64,000 nt of DNA from Rickettsiales bacterium (GTDB taxonomy: Bacteria; Pseudomonadota; Alphaproteobacteria; Rickettsiales; JABSSG01): positions 7,921-71,920 of the forward strand of contig JAGVLN010000014.1 in assembly GCA_020049805.1 (NCBI GenBank), given 5' to 3'. Positions 1-8,601 of this stretch are shown here, in pieces. The notes beneath the pieces are model-generated. The model was not told the origin of the DNA and did no database searches. It worked only from the letters and a program-made list of their open reading frames with translations. The number at the start of each line of letters is the position of its first letter. Position 1 is the first letter of the stretch. Both the position numbers and the translations under genes were made by a program.

Positions 1-552
1 CTAGATAAAATCATCGGATTTATTCATGTAAAGGATGTATTATCAGAATTTTTCAAGCAAAAAAAATTTGATATAACCAAGATTATTAGAAAAATTTTAG
101 TTGTTTCCCCTTCAATGCAAGCTATAGATTTACTAGCTAAAATGCAATCTTCGAGGGTACATATCGCTATAGTTTTAGATGAGTATGGTGGTGTTGATGG
201 CCTAATAACCATTGAAAACTTGATTGAAGCAATTATCGGAGAAATTGAAGATGAGCATGACGGCGACGAAACACAGGATTATATAATCCTAAAAGACAGC
301 TCAATTGAAGCTAGTGCTCGTTTAAATATAGAAAAACTCGAGAAGTTATTCAATATTACTCTACAAAGAGAGGATGAAGAAAATGACTTTGATACAGTAG
401 GGGGTTTAGTTTTATCATTAATTAGTCATGTACCTATTGAAGGAGAAATTATTAACCATGACTCAGGTTTAGTATTTAAAATACTAGAAGCAGATCCTAG
501 AAGAATTAAAAGACTTCATATATCAAAAAAACCAGTAATTATTCAAGAATAA
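1..552 (+). CDS. corC: CBS-domain / CorC_HlyC transporter-associated protein (CorC/YbeX/TlyC family), C-terminal part; the 5' end lies outside the window
   Basis: Frame 1 is open from base 1 (LDKIIGFIHVKDVL...); the listed ORF 115..552 is only the Met-delimited part. The segment RVHIAIVLDEYGGVDGLITIENLIEAIIGEIEDEHD is the family-typical CBS-to-CorC_HlyC junction. The stop overlaps the lnt start (TAATG), matching the conserved ybeX-lnt order. Confidence 0.85.
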   Translation, partial: LDKIIGFIHVKDVLSEFFKQKKFDITKIIRKILVVSPSMQAIDLLAKMQSSRVHIAIVLDEYGGVDGLITIENLIEAIIGEIEDEHDGDETQDYIILKDSSIEASARLNIEKLEKLFNITLQREDEENDFDTVGGLVLSLISHVPIEGEIINHDSGLVFKILEADPRRIKRLHISKKPVIIQE

Positions 553-2087
553 TGTCTTCAATTAACGATATTACTATAGCTATAATTAGCTTAAAATCTA
601 GGTCGTGTTATTTATTAGCTTTTATAATGGGTTTATTAAGTTCTTTAGCATTTGCCCCATTATTCTTTTTCCCAATCTTGCTAATTAGTTTTTCTTATTT
701 CCTACTATTAATCCATTTAGCAAAAAGTAAAAAAATAGCATTTTTTACTGGCTGGTGGTTCGGTTTTGGTTTTTTTTTAGCTGGATTATATTGGATATCT
801 TTTGCACTATTAGTAGATATAAATAGTTTCTGGTGGTTAATACCATTTGCAATATTGTTAATACCAGCAATATTAGCTACTTATGTAGCTTTGGTTGCCT
901 TCTTAGCCAAATTACTAAGCAAAAATCAATATTCTCTATTAGTAAATTTTATTTGCCTTTGGGTAGTAGCTGAAATAATACGTGTCAATATTTTAACAGG
1001 ATTTCCTTGGTTATTAATTGGTTACAGCCTATGTTTTTCAGATTACACCATCCAATTAGCATCAGTATTAGGAATATATGGACTAAGCTTTGTTGGGTTG
1101 TTTATAAGCTGTACACCATTTTTACTATTACTCAGCAACAAAAAGAGAGATTTTATTTGGGTTATTTTAGCAATTTTAATATTTATAACTAATTATGGCT
1201 TTGGCTATATGAGACTTAAAGAATACCCAACTACTTATACTACTACTATGATTAGAGTTGTCCAAGCGAATATACCCCAAAACTTGAAATGGGATTATAA
1301 AGAAACAATGAATAATTTGCTTAAACACATAAATTTAAGCAAACAAGAGCATAATAAAATAGATTATGTAATTTGGCCAGAATCTGCTATTGCCTTTCCT
1401 TTAGCATTACAAGATCGATTAATGTTGGGAAATATTTTACCCAAAAACAGCCTTCTCTTATCTGGAGGAATTAGAGTGGATAACGCTAACCATCCCACTT
1501 CAGTATGGAATACCGTATTTGTGATAAATGCCCAAGGAGAAATTATGGATTTTTATGATAAAACGCATTTGGTACCATTTGGAGAATATATTCCGTTTAA
1601 AAAATTCATTCCCGTTACGAAAATAACACATGGAACCCTTGATTATTCGTCAGGTTTTGGACTTAAGCGGATTAAAGTCTCTAATCAATTACCATCTTTT
1701 ACCCCTCTTATATGCTACGAAGCTTATTTTCCTGAAAAGACTATAGCATCAGGCTCACAACCAGATTTTATTATAAATTTTACCAATGATGCATGGTATG
1801 GAAACACCTCTGGCCCTTATCAACATTTACATATGACTAGGCTTAGAGCTGTGGAACAAGGAATACCTATCATTCGTGCAGCAAATACCGGTATCTCAGC
1901 TATTATTGATTCCTATGGAAGAATATTAAGTGAATTACCTCTCAATAATAGTGGTGTAATTGACACATATCTTCCAGATATAGTGCCAAGAACCACACTT
2001 TATAACAAAAAAAATAATAAGTTAATTTTTTATGGAATAATAATTTTTTTTCTGATAAGTTGTAAATTCATTACTAAATTAACTTAG
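552..2087 (+). CDS. lnt: apolipoprotein N-acyltransferase
   Basis: 511 aa with an N-terminal multi-TM region followed by a nitrilase-type CN-hydrolase domain (VIWPESA..., ICYEAYFP, NDAWYG). It lies directly downstream of corC. Confidence 0.9.
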   Translation: MSSINDITIAIISLKSRSCYLLAFIMGLLSSLAFAPLFFFPILLISFSYFLLLIHLAKSKKIAFFTGWWFGFGFFLAGLYWISFALLVDINSFWWLIPFAILLIPAILATYVALVAFLAKLLSKNQYSLLVNFICLWVVAEIIRVNILTGFPWLLIGYSLCFSDYTIQLASVLGIYGLSFVGLFISCTPFLLLLSNKKRDFIWVILAILIFITNYGFGYMRLKEYPTTYTTTMIRVVQANIPQNLKWDYKETMNNLLKHINLSKQEHNKIDYVIWPESAIAFPLALQDRLMLGNILPKNSLLLSGGIRVDNANHPTSVWNTVFVINAQGEIMDFYDKTHLVPFGEYIPFKKFIPVTKITHGTLDYSSGFGLKRIKVSNQLPSFTPLICYEAYFPEKTIASGSQPDFIINFTNDAWYGNTSGPYQHLHMTRLRAVEQGIPIIRAANTGISAIIDSYGRILSELPLNNSGVIDTYLPDIVPRTTLYNKKNNKLIFYGIIIFFLISCKFITKLT

Positions 2088-2095
2088 TTCTACCG

Positions 2096-2500
2096 ATGAT
2101 TAACATTATGAAAGAATTTCTAACAGCAGAGGAAATAGACCATTATATAGGGCAAAAACTAAAATTTCGCCGGTTAATGATTGGTAAAACTCTAGACGAC
2201 GTAGGTAAACTCGTAGGCGTATCATTTCAACAAATTCAGAAATATGAACGCGGCCAGAACAGTATATCTAGTAGTCGTTTATTCTATCTAGCCAAAGCGT
2301 TAGACGTTGATACAAGCTACTTCTTTGAACAAATCAATAATACTAATAATTCCGTTTCTGATAGCAGTCAAACAGAATTTGATTCCATAGTAAATGTAAA
2401 TGATAGAGAACTAATTAGCATTATAAAATCTTATAGTATGATTAAAGATGCTAATATACGCAAAAAATTGACAGAATTAGTTAAAGCTCTGTCTGAATAA
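2096..2500 (+). CDS. XRE-family helix-turn-helix transcriptional regulator
   Basis: The segment IGQKLKFRRLMIGKTLDDVGKLVGVSFQQIQKYERGQNSIS is a canonical HTH_3/Cro-C1 motif. A second ATG at 2108 is an alternative start. Confidence 0.8.
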   Translation: MINIMKEFLTAEEIDHYIGQKLKFRRLMIGKTLDDVGKLVGVSFQQIQKYERGQNSISSSRLFYLAKALDVDTSYFFEQINNTNNSVSDSSQTEFDSIVNVNDRELISIIKSYSMIKDANIRKKLTELVKALSE

Positions 2501-2543
2501 ATCTTATAAAAACCCTTTTAGTAATTTGTTAATCTTTTTATGT

Positions 2544-2577
2544 AATAATTTATATAATTCTTATTGTATAAATTATT
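2544..2577. repeat. 11-bp perfect inverted repeat (AATAATTTATA-N12-TATAAATTATT) in the XRE/orphan spacer; candidate operator
   Basis: Read directly from the sequence: arms at 2544-2554 and 2567-2577 are exact reverse complements and lie 16 nt upstream of the 2593 start. Both arms are AT-only, so a chance match is possible in this genome. Confidence 0.3.
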
Positions 2578-2592
2578 GATAAAGGATTAATT

Positions 2593-3519
2593 ATGCCAGC
2601 TGATAAACCAACAAAAGTTTCAAAACAACCTTATAGTCACTTTGCCGAAATACATGGAGTAGAAAGTTATCCAGAAGGCAGCCTTCGTCGTTTTGGAGCC
2701 GAAGCTTTAACTTTTTTCCATTGGGTAGGTTATACAATAGGTTATGAGACTGGCAAGCTCGGAAAATATTTTAAAGACGAATGGAACAGAGAAAATCCTC
2801 CTTTAGGTATGTTTCATAAACCATTTGTATTAGCTAAATATACAGTCTTACTTGGCGCTGGTGCTTTAGCTTGTGTTCCTGGTTATTCAGCTATAGTAGG
2901 TTTAGCTGCGGGGGCAATTTCAGGTTTTAGTTCTGCAAATCGTAATGGATTTACTTTTTGGGGTTCAATTATTCCAACTTTATATGGTGCTGTGGTCGGT
3001 CTTAAAGTTGGTTTTATACCAGTAATTGGTCCTGGCCTTGCTTGTGGTATCGTTAGAGGTACCGTTGAAGGGGTACAGGATGCTACTATAAATTATGTAC
3101 CAGTAAAAGGATCTTTTTTTGAACAATTAGGCGCTATAGGAAAAAATATTAGTATGACTATGCAAACTCTTGCCAAAAGTTTAACAATAGGTATTTGTAG
3201 AGGAGCAGTGCCAATAGTAGGCTTAGCAGTAGTTTCAGCTAAATTAGATAGAGCTAGTGAAAAAAGAAGAAAGGGTGCTGCACCTTCTTCTATATCCCCA
3301 GAAGGGCATAGCGCGGAAACTGAAAGTCAGGAAAAAGGTAGAGGGAAAGCTACTGCTCAAGTTGATAAAGGCGCAGCAGTTAATCCATTTCCAGATGATA
3401 AAGCAACTATTGCTAGTCTCGCTGCAAGATCACCTCTTCCCCACACAATGGCTGCAGGAGGTACAACAGCTCAAGCACCTAGAGCAGCAACTTCTTCAAC
3501 GAGAGCAGCAGTTAAATGA
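2593..3519 (+). CDS. hypothetical glycine-zipper membrane protein with a disordered Ala/Ser/Thr/Pro/Lys-rich C-terminal tail (orphan)
   Basis: A 308-aa ORF in a stop-codon-rich AT genome is unlikely to be random. It has three Gly/Ala-rich hydrophobic blocks (YTVLLGAGALACVPGYSAIVGLAAGAISGF; FWGSIIPTLYGAVVGLKVGFIPVIGPGLACGIV; LTIGICRGAVPIVGLAVVSA). The last ~90 aa are low-complexity. I recognise no family. Confidence 0.6.
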   Translation: MPADKPTKVSKQPYSHFAEIHGVESYPEGSLRRFGAEALTFFHWVGYTIGYETGKLGKYFKDEWNRENPPLGMFHKPFVLAKYTVLLGAGALACVPGYSAIVGLAAGAISGFSSANRNGFTFWGSIIPTLYGAVVGLKVGFIPVIGPGLACGIVRGTVEGVQDATINYVPVKGSFFEQLGAIGKNISMTMQTLAKSLTIGICRGAVPIVGLAVVSAKLDRASEKRRKGAAPSSISPEGHSAETESQEKGRGKATAQVDKGAAVNPFPDDKATIASLAARSPLPHTMAAGGTTAQAPRAATSSTRAAVK

Positions 3520-3566
3520 TAAATTGATCTTGATAAATATGCTTAACTAGCTAATAATTCTTAATT

Positions 3567-5096
3567 ATGAATGCTAAGCATCTATCACCTCAGGTTGGTT
3601 TAAATCCAATCATTATTTTATCCTTTTTTTGGGGTTTTTGTTTCTTTTATTTAAATGGCCACGCGGTATTTAATGACTATGATACAGCTTGGCATATTGC
3701 TGCTGGAGATCTAATTCGTAAATTAGGTTATATCCCTAAAACTGATAGCTGGTCTTTTACTGCTGGCGAAACAACATGGTATAATATCTCTTGGCTTTGG
3801 GATATAATGCTTAGCTTAATAGTCCAATATTTAGGATTAAAAAGCTTATATTATTTTAATGCTTTATTATATGCCTTAATACTTAGTACTCTTGCTTATA
3901 ATTTAACTATAAGAAATTATTCTCTTAGTGCCATTGCCATTACTATTTTTATCACAACTTTTGTACTTGCTTATCATGCTTGTGCTAGACCCTATACTTA
4001 TAGCTTCCTAATGATGGTAGTATTTCATTCTTATCTTTATCAATATACCCTTAAAAAGAAGATTGTTTATTTAATGATATTACCATTACTTATGGTTAGC
4101 TGGGTTAATATACATGGTGGTTTTATCGGTGGTTTTATTTTAATTGGTGCATATGGTCTAGCCGCAATTATAAATAAAAATTGGAGAGACATGCGGTGGT
4201 TAATGTTTACTGGAATAGCCTGCATCTTGTGCGCTCTAATAAATCCTTATAGCATCAATATATATCATGCAATTACCAGCACTACACAAAGTAACTTTAC
4301 CAGCCATATTGATGAATGGCAAAAATTCAAATTTGGACAAGATTGGACAGCAACCCTTTATTTATTAGCCTTCTTTATGACCTTCAATATTAAGGAAAAA
4401 TCTATAAATATAGCAGATAAGGTTATAGCTCTATTTTGGTTACTTGCAGCTTTAATTAACATACGTAACATACCTATATTTGTATTATGTTCTGCGCCAT
4501 ATTTTGCTAGAAACTTAATTACCAGCGGCTTACTACGTCCATTACCAGATATTAATACTGCGAAATTAAGATTTTATTCAAAGCTTAGTGTTAGCACATT
4601 AGTAATCATCATGTTATTACCATCCGTAAGCGATTTAATTGTTAGAAAAGATATAGTAAATATACGACGTTTGCCATCTAATGCTGTAAAATTTATTCAA
4701 GATAATTACCCAAATACTAAGTTTCTAAATGAATATGGATTAGGGGCATATCTTATTAATCTAACTCAAGGAGCTTTACCAGTATTTGTTGACGGAAGAG
4801 CAGGAACAGCTTATTCTGAAAAGCTTTTAAGTGATTATTTATACTTAGCTTCAACCTTCCCTAGCTTAAACGATGATGTGCTAAATTATTATCAAATAGG
4901 TGGGGTCATTGCTTATAAATCGAAAAATCTAAATTTAATTTTTGCTAGTAAACCTGGCTGGAAACAAGTGTTTGTGGATAATAGCGTTACTGTCTATATA
5001 AAAGAAGAAGATGGTGGAGATGAGCGGAATCGAACCGCTGACAACCTGCTTGCAAAGCAGGCGCTCTACCAACTGAGCTACATCCCCATACAATAA
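3567..5096 (+). CDS. large polytopic inner-membrane protein with a C-terminal soluble domain; candidate GT-C-fold glycosyltransferase/polymerase, function unknown
   Basis: 509 aa with roughly 11-13 hydrophobic segments. An acidic D-x-D motif follows TM1 (FNDYDTAWHIAAG), and the C-terminal ~130 aa are non-hydrophobic. It sits next to a glycan-synthesis cluster. The last 28 codons are antisense to tRNA-Ala. Confidence 0.55.
   Translation: MNAKHLSPQVGLNPIIILSFFWGFCFFYLNGHAVFNDYDTAWHIAAGDLIRKLGYIPKTDSWSFTAGETTWYNISWLWDIMLSLIVQYLGLKSLYYFNALLYALILSTLAYNLTIRNYSLSAIAITIFITTFVLAYHACARPYTYSFLMMVVFHSYLYQYTLKKKIVYLMILPLLMVSWVNIHGGFIGGFILIGAYGLAAIINKNWRDMRWLMFTGIACILCALINPYSINIYHAITSTTQSNFTSHIDEWQKFKFGQDWTATLYLLAFFMTFNIKEKSINIADKVIALFWLLAALINIRNIPIFVLCSAPYFARNLITSGLLRPLPDINTAKLRFYSKLSVSTLVIIMLLPSVSDLIVRKDIVNIRRLPSNAVKFIQDNYPNTKFLNEYGLGAYLINLTQGALPVFVDGRAGTAYSEKLLSDYLYLASTFPSLNDDVLNYYQIGGVIAYKSKNLNLIFASKPGWKQVFVDNSVTVYIKEEDGGDERNRTADNLLAKQALYQLSYIPIQ
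5012..5087 (-). tRNA. tRNA-Ala (anticodon UGC), CCA encoded
   Basis: The reverse complement GGGGATGTAGCTCAGTTGGTAGAGCGCCTGCTTTGCAAGCAGGTTGTCAGCGGTTCGATTCCGCTCATCTCCACCA folds as a cloverleaf. It has the G3:U70 Ala identity pair, anticodon loop TTTGCAA and T-loop GGTTCGATTCC; length is 76 nt. Confidence 0.95.
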
Positions 5097-5215
5097 TTAA
5101 TTATCTACTATATTTAACAAAAAGTTACAAGTTAGTTTTTTAAATATTTTACTTTATTAAATACTATATTAAGATAGCAACATTAGCTAATTCGATTAAC
5201 TCAAACTAATAAATT

Positions 5216-6193
5216 ATGAACACCTTATTATATTTTTTCATTTCTTTATTATTTTCACTCATTTTTACCAAATTCTTTATTATTTTCTTAAACAAGAAAA
5301 ACATTCTAGATATTCCAAATCAACGCAAAAACCATAAAATTCCTACTCCACGAGGAGGAGGGATAGCAATAATTAGCGCTATATTGCTTAGTGTTATTAT
5401 ATTTGCCTTACAATACAATATGAATACATACTTGCTTTATCTGATAATAGGTATTTCTATCTGCGCCACAATCTCCTTACTAGATGACATATTGAACCTT
5501 TCTATACTATTAAGAATAATATTTCAGGGTTTAGCAGTTTATTTTGTTTTAAAAGCTATTCCTAATTATGATTCTCAAATTTTGTTTCATTTTATTCCTT
5601 TAAAAACGGAAAAGTTATTAGTAGCCCTTGCTTTAGTAGGGTTTATGAACATCTACAATTTTATGGATGGAATTGATGGATTAACAGGTTCACAAACTAT
5701 ACACATTAGTGCATCTTTGCTAATATTTTCTATTTTCACTAAACAAATCGATAGTTTCACTTTATACTTATGTATTAACATTATAGGTGCCTGTATAGGG
5801 TTTTTAATATATAATTGGCATCCTGCAAAAATCTTTATGGGTGATGTTGGCAGTGTAACTTTAGGATTAATATGCGGGTGGTTATTATTAAATTTAGCAA
5901 TCAAAGGTTATTTAATAGCTGCTATTATTATTCCAGGTTATTATTTAGTTGATAGTATTACTACAATTATCAAACGCTTAGTTCAAAAAAAGAAGATATG
6001 GCAAGCTCATTCAGAGCATTTTTATCAAATAGCCGTCCGCAAAGTTAAATCACATTCAATAGTCACTACTAATATTATATTTTGTAACATAATATTATGT
6101 GCACTTAGCCTCGTATCTATATATCATCCAACTATTGCGTTATTGAGTGCAGGATTATTTATTTCTAGTTTTATCTACCGCTTAATGAGTTAA
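5216..6193 (+). CDS. polyprenyl-phosphate sugar-1-phosphate transferase (glycosyltransferase family 4, WecA/WbpL/MraY-like)
   Basis: 325 aa and multi-TM, with the signature NIYNFMDGIDGLTGSQ and a DDxxN-type loop (LLDDILNL). Confidence 0.8.
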   Translation: MNTLLYFFISLLFSLIFTKFFIIFLNKKNILDIPNQRKNHKIPTPRGGGIAIISAILLSVIIFALQYNMNTYLLYLIIGISICATISLLDDILNLSILLRIIFQGLAVYFVLKAIPNYDSQILFHFIPLKTEKLLVALALVGFMNIYNFMDGIDGLTGSQTIHISASLLIFSIFTKQIDSFTLYLCINIIGACIGFLIYNWHPAKIFMGDVGSVTLGLICGWLLLNLAIKGYLIAAIIIPGYYLVDSITTIIKRLVQKKKIWQAHSEHFYQIAVRKVKSHSIVTTNIIFCNIILCALSLVSIYHPTIALLSAGLFISSFIYRLMS

Positions 6194-7411
6194 TTTTTGA
6201 GCATATTTAAGGCTAGCATTTGTTTGTTTAGCAAAGGCTTCTTTAGTGAAAAACTTCATAGCATGCTTTTTAGCATTAGTACCTAATTTTTTTCTTAAAT
6301 CCTTATCTTTAATAAGCTTGATTAATTTTTCAGCAGCATCTTCAATATCAGGATCTGCCCATACCTCATTACCTTTATATATATTTTGTGAATCATTGAT
6401 ATTAACCAGTTTATATTTAACATAACAAGCACAGTTTTTAGGTAGAAAAGTTAAGTTAGCCGACCAAGGTGTCGCTAAAATTGGTTTAGAATGCCACATA
6501 GCTCCAGCCATAATTAAGCCAAACCCTTCACTGCGATGTAAAGATGTTATAATATCTGAAACTGCTATCAATCCTTGAATTTCTTCATTGCTCAAGAAAG
6601 AATCTATGACTAAAACATTAGGTAAATCCTTTATTAAAGCATCTAATTTTGCCTTTTGAATCGGAAATCTTTTCGTTCCTGATAACTTTAATACTAAGAA
6701 CACTTCTTCAATTTTAGCTGATACTTTTTTAAAGGTTTCTATAGTTCCTATTATATTTTTACGGTCAAATCCAGACCCTAGATCTGCAATTGATAAAATA
6801 ACCATCTTATCATTAGGCACTGAAAAATACTTTCTATTGAAATTAACTTTTATTGGCTGACGCAAAGGATGAGGTACAACTTTTATAGGTATGTTTTTAA
6901 TTTTATTTTTAAAGGCCTGAGCTGCAAAATCAGAAGGAGCCCAAATCTCATTAACTAGCTTACAAGGACTTACCCAACTCTCAGGTATAGACTCTGTTTC
7001 CCAAACTGAATAAGCAATTATTTTTTTATTACGCAGATTCTTTCTGCCCAATAGAAATAAAATTAAGGGTATATGGATAGGATTATTCTGAATAATAATT
7101 ATTCCACCCTCTTGGTCTGACTTAGCATTAGATGGCAACTTAATTTCTAGAAACTGATCTACAAATAATTTACTAATATCAAAAGATGTCAGTTTATAAT
7201 TTTGTTCTATTAATGCATTCATTGTCAGTCTTGCTGCTTGACCTAAGCCAGAAGCGGTCCTCAACATACCAACCATAGTAATAAGACCAGGTTTTATATC
7301 CTTAGTTGCTTTAGGTAAAAGAAAAATGAATATAGTATTTACTATAGAAAATACAGTATCCTTAGAAATTACTTCAGTAATTAACTTAAAAAGTTTTGAT
7401 AATAATCGCAT
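6182..7411 (-). CDS. GT-B glycosyltransferase (group 1 / GT4-like)
   Basis: The C-terminal segment SLHRSEGFGLIMAGAMWHSKPILAT resembles the E(x7)E region of group-1 glycosyltransferases. It converges on, and overlaps by 12 nt, the WecA-like gene. Confidence 0.7.
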   Translation of the reverse strand: MRLLSKLFKLITEVISKDTVFSIVNTIFIFLLPKATKDIKPGLITMVGMLRTASGLGQAARLTMNALIEQNYKLTSFDISKLFVDQFLEIKLPSNAKSDQEGGIIIIQNNPIHIPLILFLLGRKNLRNKKIIAYSVWETESIPESWVSPCKLVNEIWAPSDFAAQAFKNKIKNIPIKVVPHPLRQPIKVNFNRKYFSVPNDKMVILSIADLGSGFDRKNIIGTIETFKKVSAKIEEVFLVLKLSGTKRFPIQKAKLDALIKDLPNVLVIDSFLSNEEIQGLIAVSDIITSLHRSEGFGLIMAGAMWHSKPILATPWSANLTFLPKNCACYVKYKLVNINDSQNIYKGNEVWADPDIEDAAEKLIKLIKDKDLRKKLGTNAKKHAMKFFTKEAFAKQTNASLKYAQKLTH

Positions 7412-7491
7412 TTTCAGTTCCTATAAAAGTCTTTACTTGAAATAACTTTCATACTAAATTCTTTAAATTATTAAATATACATACTGCACAA

Positions 7492-8598
7492 ATGTCCATT
7501 AAAGTTTTACATGTTTATAAAACATTTTTCCCTGAAACAATCGGAGGTGGAGAACAAAGTATTTTTCAGATATGTAAAACTAATAAAGAATTAGGTGTCA
7601 AATCTAAAGTCTTATGCCTAACTAAAAATGAAAAAAAATCCATAATAAATTATGATGGTATAAAAGTAATACGTTATCCACAGACATTCGATTACGCTTC
7701 ATGTCCTATTTCAATTCAAGCATTTAAAAATTTTAAAAAAGAATCTGCCTGGGCTGATATAATACATTATCATTATCCTTGGCCTTTTGGTGATCTACTT
7801 TCGATTCTTACTAATAAAAAATATTTAATAACTTATCATTCTGATATTGTTAAACAAAAATTACTACATTATTTATATTACCCTTTAGAACAACTTTTTT
7901 TATCTAGAGCAGAGAAAATTATTGCTACGTCACCAACATATGCAAAAACTAGTAAAAATTTACTTAAATATAATTCAAAAGTTGAGGTTATTCCTTTAGG
8001 GTTAGATATTACTACCTATCCAAAGCCTAATTTAAATAATTGTAATAAGTTAAAACTAAAATATGGCAAATTTTTTGTTTTTTTAGGGCAATTACGTTAT
8101 TATAAGGGCCTAGATATTCTCTTAGAAGCCGTTGTTAATACTAATTACACACTTTTAATCTTAGGAGATGGGCCTGAAAAAAATAAGTTACAAAAAATTT
8201 GTCATGATAAGAAGCTTGAGAATGTACACTTTTTAGGCAAGTTAAATAACCAACAAAAAGTTGATGTATTATCTTCATGTTATAGTCTTATTTTACCTTC
8301 TAATTTAAGATCCGAAGCATATGGTTTAGCACTTATTGAAGGCGCTATGTTTGGTAAGCCCCTAATTTCGTGCTCAATTAATACAGGTACTGATTATATT
8401 AACAAACACCTAGAAACAGGCATTGTAGTACCACCTAATGATCCAATAGCTTTACGAAAAGCAATGGCAGAATTAGTAAACAATCCTTTTTTGGCAAAAA
8501 AAATGGGAAAAGCTTCATTTAAGCGTTATAATAGTTTATTTACAATAAAAATTATGCAGAAAAAACTTATTAATTTATACAAATCATTATTAGGATAA
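7492..8598 (+). CDS. GT-B glycosyltransferase (group 1 / GT4)
   Basis: N-terminal HVYKTFFPETIGGGEQ and C-terminal PSNLRSEAYGLALIEGAMFGKPLIS (EX7E motif). Confidence 0.8.
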   Translation: MSIKVLHVYKTFFPETIGGGEQSIFQICKTNKELGVKSKVLCLTKNEKKSIINYDGIKVIRYPQTFDYASCPISIQAFKNFKKESAWADIIHYHYPWPFGDLLSILTNKKYLITYHSDIVKQKLLHYLYYPLEQLFLSRAEKIIATSPTYAKTSKNLLKYNSKVEVIPLGLDITTYPKPNLNNCNKLKLKYGKFFVFLGQLRYYKGLDILLEAVVNTNYTLLILGDGPEKNKLQKICHDKKLENVHFLGKLNNQQKVDVLSSCYSLILPSNLRSEAYGLALIEGAMFGKPLISCSINTGTDYINKHLETGIVVPPNDPIALRKAMAELVNNPFLAKKMGKASFKRYNSLFTIKIMQKKLINLYKSLLG

Positions 8599-8601
8599 AA
8601 T

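Noticed and set aside
3257-3550. A 97-aa ORF in an alternative plus-strand frame that overlaps the tail of the 308-aa orphan.
   Set aside because: It has no RBS and a Lys/Leu/Gln-rich nonsense-like translation. The longer frame, with coherent TM blocks, is preferred. It is kept in mind only as an alternative if the 308-aa call fails.
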